From the NCBI GenBank assembly GCA_965197745.1, contig CBDANS010000006.1, positions 1,120,001 to 1,184,000 on the forward strand: DNA of 64,000 nt, given 5' to 3'. Made by a program: the position numbers and the translations under genes. Every line of letters starts with the position of its first letter. Within the stretch, counting starts at the first letter, position 1. The DNA is from Opitutales bacterium. GTDB lineage: Bacteria > Verrucomicrobiota > Verrucomicrobiia > Opitutales > PNEW01. Shown here piece by piece: positions 31,134-42,495 of the stretch. The notes beneath the pieces are model-generated. The model was not told the DNA's origin. It searched no databases and worked only from the letters and a program-made list of their open reading frames with translations.

Positions 31134-33359
31134 TCACTCAATGGTCAGTTCTTCAGTCGTCACCGTGACTTCGTCACCGTCTTCGTTGGCGAAGGTGGCA
31201 TCGATGCTCAGTGTCGGCTGAGGGGTGTTATCGGACTTGAAGTTGTTCTGGGTGATTAGGGTCTCAAACCCCGTCGTTGTTGAACCACTCTCCGCGACGA
31301 CAACCGCAGCTCCGTTCGTCTGCAACAGGTCACCTCCGGTGATCCGCAACCCGGGGTTGCCGGCCGGTACCGTGAAGGAACCGTCTCCAAACAACAGGTG
31401 CGGCACTGCATCACCACTGGCGTCAATGTCACCCACCGTTAAGCGCACCGCGATAGGCACCCCGCGCGCGTCCATCCCAACTTTTCCGGTACTCCCGCTG
31501 AAAACGGTATTCGATAACTGTACCCCTCCCAGTCCCGTGGAATTGATCACTTCCACGAGGACTACGTCCGCCTGGGCGTCATAGACCTGACCTTCAGGGA
31601 AGAGGGCCTGGTTAAAGGCATTGATCCTGCCCACTGTGAAGATACTGAAGAAGGTGCTGGAGTCGGCCCCATCGATGACCACGCTCGGTTTGCCCGTCAC
31701 GTACTCCACGGCTTGGTTGTAGCGTGGAGGGATGGCCGGGGGGAGGAAGGTGGCTGGGTCGAGGGTTACGGTAAAGGTCCCATTACCTGAAAATTCTACC
31801 TGTACGATATCCTCGTTTTCATCCATGAAGGAGACGCGGGTAATTTGTCCCGGCTTAGCCTGGAGTTGGACGGACTCCCCGGTGAGTAAAATCTGGTCGA
31901 AGACATTGCCGTTGGCATGCTGAATGTTTTCACCGGCGATATCTCCCGAGCCGTCGAGGACGAGGGGCACTGAGGGCGCTGCCACAGTGATGACCGCGGT
32001 ATCGCTGTCAGCACTACCTCCGACGTTTGTAACCTGTGCCCAGTAGTTCGTGCTCGCGGTGAGCGCACCCGTAGTTAAGGTATTGCCTGTGGCGCCGGCG
32101 ACGGGATTGGCGGTGTCGCCGCTGTTGCCGGTATACCACTGGTAGGTGAGATCATCGCCCGTGGCAGTGACAGACAAAACAACCGCGGTTCCGGACGGCA
32201 CATCCTGGCTCGCGGGCTGGGTGGTGATAGCGGGGGGTGGACCCTCGGAACCCGTACCGGGAGCGCCGATGGGGGTAAAGCCAAAATCGTCAAGGCTGAT
32301 GTTGTCAAAGCTACCTGCGACGGCCGTTACGGTGCCATTGGCGTAGATGATTTTACCGATACCGCCGGGCGCGCCCAATTCGTTGGCATTGAAATCAAAA
32401 AAGGTAAAGGGGATATCAAAACCTATATTAATATTGAGTGGGATATCTTTAGTCGATGTAAGGAGGGTGTCATTGGTGTCAAAAACCTGAATTTCACCGT
32501 CTCCCTCGGTAAAAACAGCGGCGTAAAATTGTACCTTAAGCGCTGGTGTTTCAAAAGTGATGGTCCCGGAAAATTCATTGGTAATGATCCAAACCGCAGC
32601 TTGGAGAACTTCAGAACCGGCAGCCGTTGCTGGAAGGGTAGGAAAAGAGTGATTAAAAGCCGGAAATGCTCCAAGTCCCTGTACAACACCCCCGGTAAAT
32701 GTGGCTGTAAAAGGGGGTTGGCCCAAAGTAAAATTCGCAAGACTGGCAAATACAGGATTACCGGCGACCCCTTCAAAATCTTCGAATACGGTGTTATTCG
32801 GAGGTCCATCGACATAGGTGAAACCCAGATCATCGATGGAAAATTGGCCCGTGACATTGACGACTTTTATTTCCTTGATCCCGGCCGTATAATTCAGGTC
32901 TGTAGTGTCAGTATTATCACCACTGAAAGAGATAAAACTTTGTAAGGGCGGATTGGCGCCGGGGCTGATATCAACCGGTAAACCATCAACGACTCCCTGT
33001 TCACTTAAGGTAAAGAAGTTCTTATCACGCAACTCGATCCTGCCGGATCCATTGGTCTCGGCCGCATAAAATTGAGTAAGGTTTGCTCCTCTTTCAAATA
33101 GGATTTTCCCTTCCTGGGCACCGGGGACGAGGACCAGAGCCTTCGTCCCAGAATGGGCAAGGCCCGGGTTCTCTACTGTTTCCAGTGTGAAGTTTATTAC
33201 TCGTATAGTGAACGGTGATTGGCCGATCGTAAAATCAGATCCTTCAGCGGTTACATTTTCAAAGTCTAAAAAGGTATCGAGGTCCTGGGGGAGGGCATAG
33301 AGAAGCACGGGTAATCCAATAATAATAGACAAGCCTGTAAGTGATTTTAATATATTCAT
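31134..33359 (-). CDS. secreted/surface protein: two beta-rich domains + Ig-like domain + conserved ~280-aa C-terminal domain
   Basis: Signal peptide MNILKSL...LLYA|LPQD; two units ending DDLGFT and DDFGFT; Ig-like ITTQPASQ...LTYQWY; C-terminal domain shared with 54998-57211. Confidence 0.8.
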   Translation of the reverse strand: MNILKSLTGLSIIIGLPVLLYALPQDLDTFLDFENVTAEGSDFTIGQSPFTIRVINFTLETVENPGLAHSGTKALVLVPGAQEGKILFERGANLTQFYAAETNGSGRIELRDKNFFTLSEQGVVDGLPVDISPGANPPLQSFISFSGDNTDTTDLNYTAGIKEIKVVNVTGQFSIDDLGFTYVDGPPNNTVFEDFEGVAGNPVFASLANFTLGQPPFTATFTGGVVQGLGAFPAFNHSFPTLPATAAGSEVLQAAVWIITNEFSGTITFETPALKVQFYAAVFTEGDGEIQVFDTNDTLLTSTKDIPLNINIGFDIPFTFFDFNANELGAPGGIGKIIYANGTVTAVAGSFDNISLDDFGFTPIGAPGTGSEGPPPAITTQPASQDVPSGTAVVLSVTATGDDLTYQWYTGNSGDTANPVAGATGNTLTTGALTASTNYWAQVTNVGGSADSDTAVITVAAPSVPLVLDGSGDIAGENIQHANGNVFDQILLTGESVQLQAKPGQITRVSFMDENEDIVQVEFSGNGTFTVTLDPATFLPPAIPPRYNQAVEYVTGKPSVVIDGADSSTFFSIFTVGRINAFNQALFPEGQVYDAQADVVLVEVINSTGLGGVQLSNTVFSGSTGKVGMDARGVPIAVRLTVGDIDASGDAVPHLLFGDGSFTVPAGNPGLRITGGDLLQTNGAAVVVAESGSTTTGFETLITQNNFKSDNTPQPTLSIDATFANEDGDEVTVTTEELTIE

Positions 33360-33418
33360 AAGGATCCCCTCGCTGTTAGTTGTTATCTGCTTATATTTTA
33401 TTGAGAACTGCTGAGCAC

Positions 33419-33446
33419 AGGATAGCAATGAGAGAATTTATTTCAA
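33419..33446 (-). promoter_or_regulatory. putative sigma70 promoter of the surface-protein gene
   Basis: Minus strand TTGAAA-N16-TATCCT with a TGn extended -10, about 60 nt upstream of the ATG at 33359. Confidence 0.4.
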
Positions 33447-33627
33447 CATTGAGTCCTATCACGGCATTTTCCTGTCGGGTTGGTTAGGGCTAATATAATA
33501 GAAAATTCGGTAACAGGCCAGCGCTGCTGTAATAATTTTAGTCGCCGTACCACCCGTCACCCTCAATGACCTGTTTGGAGCGATACCAGATAGGGAGCAA
33601 GTTTATTGTGGAGAGAGCGTCCCTGGC

Positions 33628-34485
33628 TTACCCGGAACCATTCGACTGCGTATCAAAATGAGTCGAACTCTCCCAGGCGACCATCGCCCGCTTGCGAATC
33701 TGGCCCCAGCGATAGTCGCCGACAATCCCTGTCTCGCGGATCACCCGATGGCAGGGGATCAGAAATGCAAGTGCGTTCCTGCCAACAGCAGATCCGACCG
33801 CGCGTGCCGCGGTGGGCTGACCTATAACATTAGCAAGCTGTCCATAACTGACCAGGGTACCGTGCTTCACCTGTAGCAATGCGCGCCACACGCGCACTTG
33901 AAAGGCAGTTCCTCGAACATAGACTTTCAGGGGAGGATCTGACGACGCGCGGGAAGGGCGTTCGAATATCCTGTTGGCAATCTGCCCGGCCATCATGTCA
34001 TCCCGCTGCATCACTGCTTCGGGCCAGCTCCTCCGAAGTTCAGCTAACGCTGTATCATCACGGCCCGGCTCGACGAAAGAAAGATGGCTGATACCGCGTG
34101 GCCCTTCGGCTAAAAGACAGCGTCCGAATGGGCTTTCTGAAAACCCGACAGAGAGTGTCCATCCTTTCCCCCCCGCTTTAAGCTCTCCAGGAGAGGCGGA
34201 TTCGAGGTTGACACAGAGATCATGCAATCGACCTGGTCCGGAAAGTCCCGCAGCCAGAGCCGTATCGAGAACGCTTTCGCCTTCTTTCAGCAATTTCCTG
34301 GCATGGGTTAGGGTAAGACACTGAAGAAAATTCTTGGGTGTAATGGCGGCCCACTTAGTGAACAGGCGGTGAAAATGAAAAGGGCTTAAACCGATTTTTC
34401 CCGCGAGGATCGCAATATCGGGCTGCTGGATGTGATGGTCGTCCAAATAGCTAATGGTGCGTGCGATCCGCTCGTAATCATTCAT
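33628..34485 (-). CDS. AraC-HTH + methylated-DNA-[protein]-cysteine S-methyltransferase (Ada/Ogt-like)
   Basis: LSPFHFHRLF..WA..TPK, GT.FQ..VW.AL, RAVGSAVG.N, IPCHRVI active site. Confidence 0.92.
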   Translation of the reverse strand: MNDYERIARTISYLDDHHIQQPDIAILAGKIGLSPFHFHRLFTKWAAITPKNFLQCLTLTHARKLLKEGESVLDTALAAGLSGPGRLHDLCVNLESASPGELKAGGKGWTLSVGFSESPFGRCLLAEGPRGISHLSFVEPGRDDTALAELRRSWPEAVMQRDDMMAGQIANRIFERPSRASSDPPLKVYVRGTAFQVRVWRALLQVKHGTLVSYGQLANVIGQPTAARAVGSAVGRNALAFLIPCHRVIRETGIVGDYRWGQIRKRAMVAWESSTHFDTQSNGSG

Positions 34486-34724
34486 CGTTTGATTATATCA
34501 AAAATTAATCGCTAACCCCACCCGTTTCTTGCGACAATTTTTAGAACCCAAGTCTATAGGGTCAGGTTCTGCATTGAGGCATATAATAAAAATGTCAAAT
34601 TCGGGCTAGAAGCACACCGACTATCTAAGTGCTTGAGTTCTCAACCTCGTTCTACCACTATCGATTCCGTGACGACGCTATTCCAGGACAGTCTTGCGAT
34701 GACCGCCCCTGCAGCCCGATAACG

Positions 34725-35347
34725 ATGGCAGCAAAGCATAACAAGGCTCCCATTATTGTGCGATTTGCGGTGCTCCTCTTTACCGGCGTTCTTGGTATTC
34801 TCTGTTTCTGGTTTCTTGGTTTTCTGATTCGCGATGTCGGTTCGCTTCGCGGTCCTGAATACAAAACCATCGAAAAGGACTATGTATCACAGGATCTTTT
34901 AGTCCTTCAGGAAAACCTCTCAAAAAAGGCCATCAACCTTCAACGGCAGATAAAGCTAACGCGGGAGAAAAACAATCTCATCCGTTCAACAAGCAGAACC
35001 TATCAATCGACTCTCGATCAAGTTCTCACGACGCTTCGCCGATTACCCGAGTTTAAACTGTCCCACCTCGACTCCATTGCGCAAAATCTTCAGTCCTTCG
35101 AGGAAAACCAGCAACAACTGCAGTCGCAGTACCGGGATCTCGATAAACTCATCGAAGAAAAGGCTGTGGTGGAGCAGGAGATTGCCAATGTCAAACAGCG
35201 GCTGGATGAGCAGAGACGCGCCGCGCGGGAAGCTCATCGTCGTGAGATGAGCCAGCATCGTATGCTCCTCGGGCTTCTTCAGATTGCTATACTCCTGCCC
35301 ATTCTAGGGCTCTCCGGCTATCTCCTTGCTCGAAAACGGGAAGGACT
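34725..35347 (+). pseudogene. membrane + coiled-coil protein, 5' half, truncated by IS3
   Basis: TM helix, long coiled coil, second TM helix; the frame then runs into the IS left end at 35348. Confidence 0.75.
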
Positions 35348-36665
35348 TGGTCGTGACCACGAAAACTGGTACACTTGAAAAGTTAGTCTGGGTAACCTAG
35401 AAAGGACTCAGACAATGAAAGGCAAAAGATACACAACTGAAGAGAAAATACGGATGCTGCGGCAGGCGGACAAAGGGAAAACGATCCTGGAAGCATGCCG
35501 CGAGAACAACATTAGCGAACAGACCTTCCACCGCTGGAAGCGTGAGTTTGGGATGATTGATGTCGACCAGGCCAAGCGGATGAAGGAACTCTTTGAAGGA
35601 GAACGCGCGGTTAAAACGGATGCTGGCGGACAAGATGCTGGGGATAGAGATCCTGCAGGAGACCCTCGAAAAAAAACTGTAAGCCCTGGGCACAAGCGGC
35701 AAGTGGCAGAGAGACTTGTGGCTCGGGGCCAGTGTTCGATGCGAGCGGGGTGCCGGTACTTTCGGCTGCACCGTTCCACCTATGCGTATAAGGCGAAGCA
35801 TCCGGATGCTTGGTTAATGAAACTGAAGGCGGCAGTAAGGCGGTTATCACGGCAATATGCCAGGTGGGGCTATCCGAAGATCACGAAGCTGTTGAAAGAC
35901 GAAGGCTGGGAGGTGGGTAAACGTCTCGTGCAAGGTCTACGACGCGAACTGGGCTTGGCGATCCCCCAACGCAAGCCAAGACGTCGGGGCAGGGGTGTTT
36001 CCACCGGGCTGCCGACCAAGGCCGAACATCCCGGCCATGTTTGGACCTGGGATTTTATCCACGATAAGACGGTCCGCGGTGGCAGTTTAAAAATGTTGAC
36101 CGTGCTCGATGAGTACACCCGCGAGTGTCGAGTGATCCATGTTGATCGCCATATCAATGCGGAAACGGTGCGCGGTATCATGCAAAAACTGCTTGCCCGT
36201 CATGGGCCGCCACAATATATTCGCAGTGACAACGGTTCCGTTCCGAGGAGCGAAGCGACGACATGCGAAGCCATTCATTGAAAAGGAATTGAGAGCCTGG
36301 CTAACTGCGATGAAAATCAAAACCCTCTATATCGAACCAGGAAGCCCTTGGCAGAACGGATACATCGAATCGTTGCATGCCCGTTTTCGCGAGGAGTGTT
36401 TAAACCGTGAACAGCTATGGACTTTGACCGAAGCCCGCGTGGTGATCGAGGACTGGCGCTGGCTTTACAATAATGTCCGACCCCACCGCAGCCTCGGCAA
36501 TATCACCCCACGGTGCTTCGCTGAAGACATTAATACCGAAGGCTTGGGCTCCATTCGGGCTACGCCCTCATTGCGCCCAAGCCTTGACTTCCTCTATCAA
36601 CTTAACTTCAACATTAACCTCTCCAGACTAACTCTCTCGGTGGACCAGTTTACGTAACCCGATCA
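35348..36665 (+). mobile_element. IS3-family insertion sequence, full length, transposase disrupted
   Basis: Ends TGGTCGTGACCACGAAAACTGGTACAC and GTGGACCAGTTTACGTAACCCGATCA; OrfA HTH; A8 slippery run; WTWDF, SDNG and PWQNGYIES DDE motifs; no target duplication seen. Confidence 0.93.
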
Positions 36666-37021
36666 ATATATAGCGGGGTTGGGGGAAGATAAAAATGGAT
36701 CCCAAGTATAGTTTTCTCTATCATAAATAATTTCCTTTCTTAATTTGTTCCACTAATGCAGGGGATAGCTAACCTTTTTTATTCATTTTGTTCTTATTAA
36801 ATTACTATCTATAGCTAATACATTCCGTAAAATATAAAGTTGGTATCTGCTAATTATCATTCATTTTCCCGTATTTGTATGCATTTAAAAATTTCATAAG
36901 GGGTTTAAAGATAAAGATTAGAGGAAACCATTTGAAAGTGGATGAATGCAGATGTACGGTTTGAACAGATTCGAATACTGAAATGTTATCCATTGATAAT
37001 CAATTGTTTATGTAAGGTAGG

Positions 37022-37224
37022 TGGTCGGGTTACGCAAACAAGTTTACTGTGAGAGTTAGTCTGGAGAGGTTAATGTTGAAGTTAAGTTGATAGAGGAAGT
37101 CAGGGCTTGGGCGCAATGAGGGCGTAGCCCGAATGGAGCCTGATCCATCGATATTGATGTTTACAGTGAAACGCTGTGCGGTGATATTGCCGAGGTTGCG
37201 GTGGGAGTCAGACATTATTGTAAA
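37022..37224 (-). mobile_element. right-end remnant of the same IS3 element, inverted
   Basis: Reverse complement closely matches 36465-36665, including the CGGGCTACGCCCTC hairpin and IRR. Confidence 0.85.
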
Positions 37225-37285
37225 ACAAGCGAAAATCCTCGAATATCACGCGTGCTTCAGTTATAGTGTACAATTCTGAAAATAA

Positions 37286-38188
37286 ATGATGGACCAAGAG
37301 TATCTTGTTAAAGGGCTTCTTGCATTGAGTCGGTCAATGGGAAAAGATATTTGGGCTGGCCATTGGGGTGCGTCAGTCATTGCCGCTTATTATTTCTTAC
37401 GTCACGACGAACTTACAGAAAGCACGCAGGATTTAATAAAGAATCAGACGGATTCATTTATCGAAGTGCATAAAGAATTTTTTAAGGAAACTACAACTGA
37501 GGAAGAGAATTTAGATTTTGAAATAAAAATCATTTCCGCTTTAGAAGAGAATATCGAAAAACTTTGTGAAATTGGGCACAATGTAATTTACGCCTCGATG
37601 GCGCTCAAAGCGTCCAGGGACGTTCCTGAGATGAGAACAGCTAAAGTTTGTGAAGGCATGTGTCATTTGATCTCAGCCTTTAACGATTGCACGCCTGGAT
37701 ATATCTGGGTCGATGGTAAGACAGAGGTAATTGAACCCGATAACACCGATACCATTGTTCCCAGGATTAATGACGCTGGTACGGCCAAAAAATATGTGTT
37801 GGATTCCTTTCTTAATGCTGAGAGAAGTTATCGTGAAGAGAGTGGGGACATGCAACTTGGTCATCTTCTTACTCATGGTCAGAGTATTGTGGAACTGTTC
37901 GAATTAGGATACTCCGAATTAGCCCAGGTAGCGTTTAAACCCTTTGCACAAAGAATTAAATTGATTAAGGGTTTAAGAAAAAGAAATCCATGTATCGATC
38001 CTTCAGAAGGTGTTGGAAATTTTATCTCTCCACTTAAAGAAGAATACTGGATGAATGATTATACAGATAGTGATTGGAATCACGGTCACATATTTAAATA
38101 TCCATATAGTTTTTATCAGTTACTAAAGGATGCTGAATATACTAAAATTGATGCTTTAGAACAAAAATTCGCATTTCTACAAATATAA
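37286..38188 (+). CDS. hypothetical helical protein with four Gly-His motifs
   Basis: 300-aa ORF; GHWG, GHNV, GHLL, GHIFKY. Confidence 0.7.
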   Translation: MMDQEYLVKGLLALSRSMGKDIWAGHWGASVIAAYYFLRHDELTESTQDLIKNQTDSFIEVHKEFFKETTTEEENLDFEIKIISALEENIEKLCEIGHNVIYASMALKASRDVPEMRTAKVCEGMCHLISAFNDCTPGYIWVDGKTEVIEPDNTDTIVPRINDAGTAKKYVLDSFLNAERSYREESGDMQLGHLLTHGQSIVELFELGYSELAQVAFKPFAQRIKLIKGLRKRNPCIDPSEGVGNFISPLKEEYWMNDYTDSDWNHGHIFKYPYSFYQLLKDAEYTKIDALEQKFAFLQI

Positions 38189-38237
38189 ATTTCAAGATAA
38201 CTGTAATATCCGTCACTTAATCGTTCAGTGGTACTCT

Positions 38238-39488
38238 ATGAAAATCGCCTTTCGCTCGTTATTTGCTTTCTTCCTGATTTCCTTTGGAATTTGTCCAGCT
38301 GTATATAGTCAAAAGGTATCGGTGGCGAAACCGGAAAAGGTCGGACTTTCATCGGCTCGACTGGAGCGCATCAATACTTTGATGCAAAACTACGTGGACG
38401 AGGAGAAATTGGCCGGGGTAGTTACGATGGTCGCACGTCAAGGGAAAGTGGCGCACTTCGAACGCTTCGGTGTGATGGACATCGAGTCGAAGAAACCGAT
38501 GCAACTCGACACTATCTTTCGGATTTATTCCATGAGCAAACCAATCACCAGTGTGTCGGTGATGATGCTTTACGAAGAGGGACGCTTCCAACTGAACGAT
38601 CCGGTTTCAAAGTATATTCCTGAATTCAAGGAGATAAAAGTTTTCGTCAAGAAAACGGCGGACGGTCTTGAACTCGCTGATTTGGAAAGAGAGATAACGA
38701 TACGTGATCTTCTCTCTCATACTGCAGGTCTAGGTTATGGTTGGAATGATGACCCTCCTTTTGATGAAATATACAGAGAAGCGGACCTCTTTAATCGAGA
38801 GGGAACGATAAAGGATTTGGTCGAAAAGTTGACCAAATTACCGCTCTTGTACCAGCCGGGGACAAAGTGGCATTACAGTGTATCCGTAGATGTCCTCGGC
38901 TATTTGGTTGAAGTTATTTCCGGTAAACCTTTCGATGAGTTTTTGGAAGAACGGATTTTTTATCCCCTGGGAATGAAAGATACAGCATTTCATGTTCCGG
39001 AAGAGAATTGGGACCGTTTCCCGACAAGCTATGAGCCCGACGAAAACGGGGGGATTAAAGTTTATGACACGTCATCTACCAGCCGTTATATTAAACCAAC
39101 AAGTCTCTTCAGCGGCGGTGGCGGTCTAGTTTCCACTGCGGAGGATTTTATGCGCTTCTGCCAAATGCTGCTAAAAGGCGGTGAATTAGAGGGAACACGT
39201 CTCTTAGGCCGCAAGACCGTCGAGTTAATGACCATGAATCACGCGCCGGAAGAGATTGGCTCAGGTGTAGGTTTTGGTTTGGGATTTTCTGTAGTTTTGG
39301 ATGTGGCAAAGACTGAAGAGCTGGGATCGATCGGTAAGTTCGGGTGGAGCGGCGCTGCGTATACTCATTTTTTTATAGATCCAAAAGAAGAGTTAATCGG
39401 GATTTTTATGACCCAGCTTATGAATCATAAAGACTATACTACCCGTGAAGAATTTAGAGTAAGCGTTTATCAGTCAATTGTTGACTGA
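38238..39488 (+). CDS. serine hydrolase, beta-lactamase/class C-like family, secreted
   Basis: Signal peptide, IYSMSK (SxxK), LLSHTAG, PGTKWHYS, GGGGL.ST. Confidence 0.9.
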   Translation: MKIAFRSLFAFFLISFGICPAVYSQKVSVAKPEKVGLSSARLERINTLMQNYVDEEKLAGVVTMVARQGKVAHFERFGVMDIESKKPMQLDTIFRIYSMSKPITSVSVMMLYEEGRFQLNDPVSKYIPEFKEIKVFVKKTADGLELADLEREITIRDLLSHTAGLGYGWNDDPPFDEIYREADLFNREGTIKDLVEKLTKLPLLYQPGTKWHYSVSVDVLGYLVEVISGKPFDEFLEERIFYPLGMKDTAFHVPEENWDRFPTSYEPDENGGIKVYDTSSTSRYIKPTSLFSGGGGLVSTAEDFMRFCQMLLKGGELEGTRLLGRKTVELMTMNHAPEEIGSGVGFGLGFSVVLDVAKTEELGSIGKFGWSGAAYTHFFIDPKEELIGIFMTQLMNHKDYTTREEFRVSVYQSIVD

Positions 39489-39520
39489 CGCTCAACCTAA
39501 TCTTTTTTATTAATCAAAAG

Positions 39521-39617
39521 GGGAGGAACGCGCTTCGTCGCGTTCGTTTAAAATTGAGAATCATTTATTTTTATTAGTTTATATTATGGTTACTGACGCA
39601 ACGAAGCGTATCCCCCC
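39521..39617. repeat. REP-like inverted repeat pair
   Basis: GGAGGAACGCGCTTCGTCGCGTTC ... GACGCAACGAAGCGTATCCCCC. Confidence 0.6.
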
Positions 39618-39812
39618 AATCTTCGACTCTCGACCTTTATATTTCCTATGAATATTGAGATCTTCGAAGAACCAGTATCTGCTTTATCTACCTATGGCGA
39701 AGGGTGATGCGCTGGCAGAAACGATAGGATCTAGCCAATTGGGGAATATTCTATGCTTTCGATGCTGACCTGCTCTCGTTTACTGTACCGGAACCAGTGT
39801 TAGTTCCGGCAT

Positions 39813-40935
39813 TGACCTGTCCCCATAAAACTGGACTAGCCAAGATTTAATCTGGCATGGGGAAAAAGCTAATAAAGAATAGGAGAAAGAACCACCCATG
39901 AAAAGCAAAGGCAAACGCTATAATAAAGAACAAATCATCTATGCCCTGGGGCAAGTAGAAGGCGGTCGAAAGATCGCCGAAGGGTGCCGAGAGTTAGGGG
40001 TAAGCGAACAGACTTTTACCACCGTTGGAAAGGTAAATACGTGGGCCTGGGAATCAGTGAATTAAGACGGCTGAAGCAACTCGACGAAGAGAACGTCAGT
40101 TTGAAGAAGCTGGTAGCTGATCTGAGCCTGGACAAGCACATGGAGCAGGAAGTAATCGCAAAAAAGTTATAAAGCCAGTGGGCAAGAAGGCGATTTTGAC
40201 TGGTTAGTGGAAGCCTATGCGGTGAGCAAACGCCGGGCGTGCAGGTTGATGCAGATGTCTTGGTCGAGTTATAACTACCAGCCGGTGAAGAAGGACGAAC
40301 GGGCGCTGATCATGCGTATCTGTGACCTCGCCGCAGCGCGCGTGCGCTATGGGTATAGACGAATCACGGTGTTATTAAAGCGGGAAGGCTGGTCGGTGGG
40401 AAAGAAACGCGTCTATCGCATCTACAAGGGCGAAGGACTGGAAGTGCGCACGAAGAAACGCAAGAAGCGTGCCGCGCAAAGGCGGGTCTCACTGCCCGCG
40501 GCTTCAGCTGCCCAGGAGCGCTGGTCGATAGACTTTATGAGCGATCGACTGGCCAACGGCCGCCCCTTCCGTATTCTCACCTTGGTCGATCAGTATACCC
40601 GAGCTTGCCCACTGCTTCTGGCCGATACGTCCATCGGTGAGCGCAAAGTCGCTGCAGGAATCGGTCTTCCCGAAACCATTACCGTCGATAATGGTCCCGA
40701 GTTTGCCGGCAAAGTACTGGATGAATGGGCTTATGGCCATGGCATCAAGCTGGATTTTATCCGGCCAGGTCAACCCGTAGAGAATGGTTATATTGAGAGC
40801 TTCAATAGACGCTTACGTGATGAACTTCTTAACACGGAGCTATTTTGTACGCTGGCTGAAGCGAAAGAAAAACTTGAAGCCTGGCGGCTTGATTATAATA
40901 CTCAAAGACCACACAGGCCTTTAATAGGAAGTTGA
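39813..40935 (+). mobile_element. second IS3-family element, right end missing, orfA frameshifted
   Basis: Left end TGACCTGTCCCCATAAAACTGGAC; orfA KRYNKEQII; orfB RYGYRR, WSIDF, VDNGPEF, PVENGYIESFN. Confidence 0.88.
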
Positions 40936-41254
40936 GCTCTCCTCCTTTGGACCCCTTATAAATCAACACTTTATGTTAATTTATAAACACTTATGAATCA
41001 ACTTATCGTTTATATCCAGAGAAACTAAATAAAAGTATATAGCGTTAAATAGCAAAAAGTGGGGAGCATTGGGGGAGCGGAAGATGCTAGATCTCATTGT
41101 ATATTTTTAATTGTAATAACCGACGACAATTTCTAGATTCAATTAACAGTTCGATTCATTGGTGACCGAATTCAGAAATTTGCATGTATAACTCCGAAGC
41201 TTAATTCTAAAAAGACGGCATTCTTACTTATAATAGTGAGGGCGATTGCGCTCC

Positions 41255-41410
41255 CCCCCTGTAGTCCATCTGGCCATAATTATTTCGCAAGCGATGGTAG
41301 CTTTGTGGACTGATGTTGTGTTCACGACAGACTTCCTGAATGCCTCTGCCGCTGTCTATTTCGCACGGGATTGCTATTTTCTGCTTGGTGCTGTGTCTTT
41401 TTCCGTTCTT
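41255..41410 (-). mobile_element. IS3 orfA remnant
   Basis: KRHSTKQKIAI...IQEVCREHNISPQSYHR. Confidence 0.7.
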
Positions 41411-41439
41411 ATTTACAGAAAGACTCTCACTGGCAATGA

Positions 41440-41814
41440 TCCAATCCTTGGCGACCACGCCATGTAGTGGGTGATGATGATGATGTCCGGCTGGATATCC
41501 TATATCGTCTCTCCCAGCTCCAGCAGATTTTACCGCGTTGCTATGAGAGGCGTGTCGCCGAAGTCAAGAAAGCGATAGTCCTTTACTCCGAGAGCCGTAG
41601 CCGCCTTTACCCCATTTTCATGGAGAGTCCCCTGAACTCCTCCTCCGATTTCCCGAGATTGTGTTCAGAGTGTAATTCGATCCCATATGTCAGGGTCATT
41701 AGGGTCACCTCTTCTCCATGATTGACGTGATGGATAATCGTGCCTGCCGAAGCGGAGAACGGATTCGAGGGAGGCGCTTATTACCAGTATTTTCATTTTT
41801 TCATCGTTAGCCAT
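41440..41814 (-). pseudogene. PIG-L family deacetylase remnant
   Basis: MKILVISA...AGTIIHHV..GEEVTLMTLTYG...AATALGVKDYRFLDFGD...IQPDIIIITH, with frameshifts and stops. Confidence 0.65.
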
Positions 41815-41924
41815 GCTTTCCTCCTATTGCCGCAGCCTAGGAGGATTAGTAACGGTTTTGTCAATTCGCATCGATAATTTTAAAAAATTTAAAGTGTATA
41901 GTAATATATTTGATCATGCATCAG

Positions 41925-42065
41925 AGCGGCCACTACGGAGCGTGGCTCTCCATTTCTCTTATCATGGTATGGTTTTAATTTTTTAACCTGCCCGTGCTCC
42001 TATATAATCCTATACAGATGTAACATACTATTTTTTCTAGAGGGCCACGCTCCGTCGTGGCCGCT
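41925..42065. repeat. REP-like inverted repeat pair
   Basis: GCGGCCACTACGGAGCGTGGCTCTC pairs with GAGGGCCACGCTCCGTCGTGGCCGC. Confidence 0.75.
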
Positions 42066-42126
42066 AATGGCTTTTTATATCAACTTGCTAATTATAAAAG
42101 CACGAAAGCGCAGACAAAAAAAACTG

Positions 42127-42495
42127 CTATTCTTTTCCGCAGGTTTTTAAGCGACAGACATAAGAGAAGCCCCAGGCAAATAAGAACAATCCTAATAATT
42201 TCAGATACAGATTATCGACCGCAAAGAAAATGGAATACCCTCCGAACAGGATTATCGATGAAATAGCTACTATCTTTGTCGAGTATGAAATGCACCGGTT
42301 CTCTCGCCAATTTTTGATAATAGGGCCAAATGTTTTGCTAGAGAGCAGCCACTGATGCCATTTCTCGGATGATTTGGCAAAGCAACCTGCCGCTAACAAA
42401 ACAAATGGTGTTGTCGGCAACAATGGCACAAACACACCTAGCGCGGCAATACCGACAAATATAAAACCTAATGATCTGAATAATATCATGCTCAA
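42127..42495 (-). CDS. ybaN: YbaN/DUF454 family inner-membrane protein
   Basis: LG.F.PLLPTTPF.LLAA.CFAKSS...H.WL.....FGP.I.NW. Confidence 0.85.
   Translation of the reverse strand: MSMILFRSLGFIFVGIAALGVFVPLLPTTPFVLLAAGCFAKSSEKWHQWLLSSKTFGPIIKNWRENRCISYSTKIVAISSIILFGGYSIFFAVDNLYLKLLGLFLFAWGFSYVCRLKTCGKE

Noticed and set aside
38238..39488. Beta-lactam resistance gene
   Set aside because: The motifs fit the broad serine hydrolase/esterase family, with no specific class A/C/D signature to support resistance.
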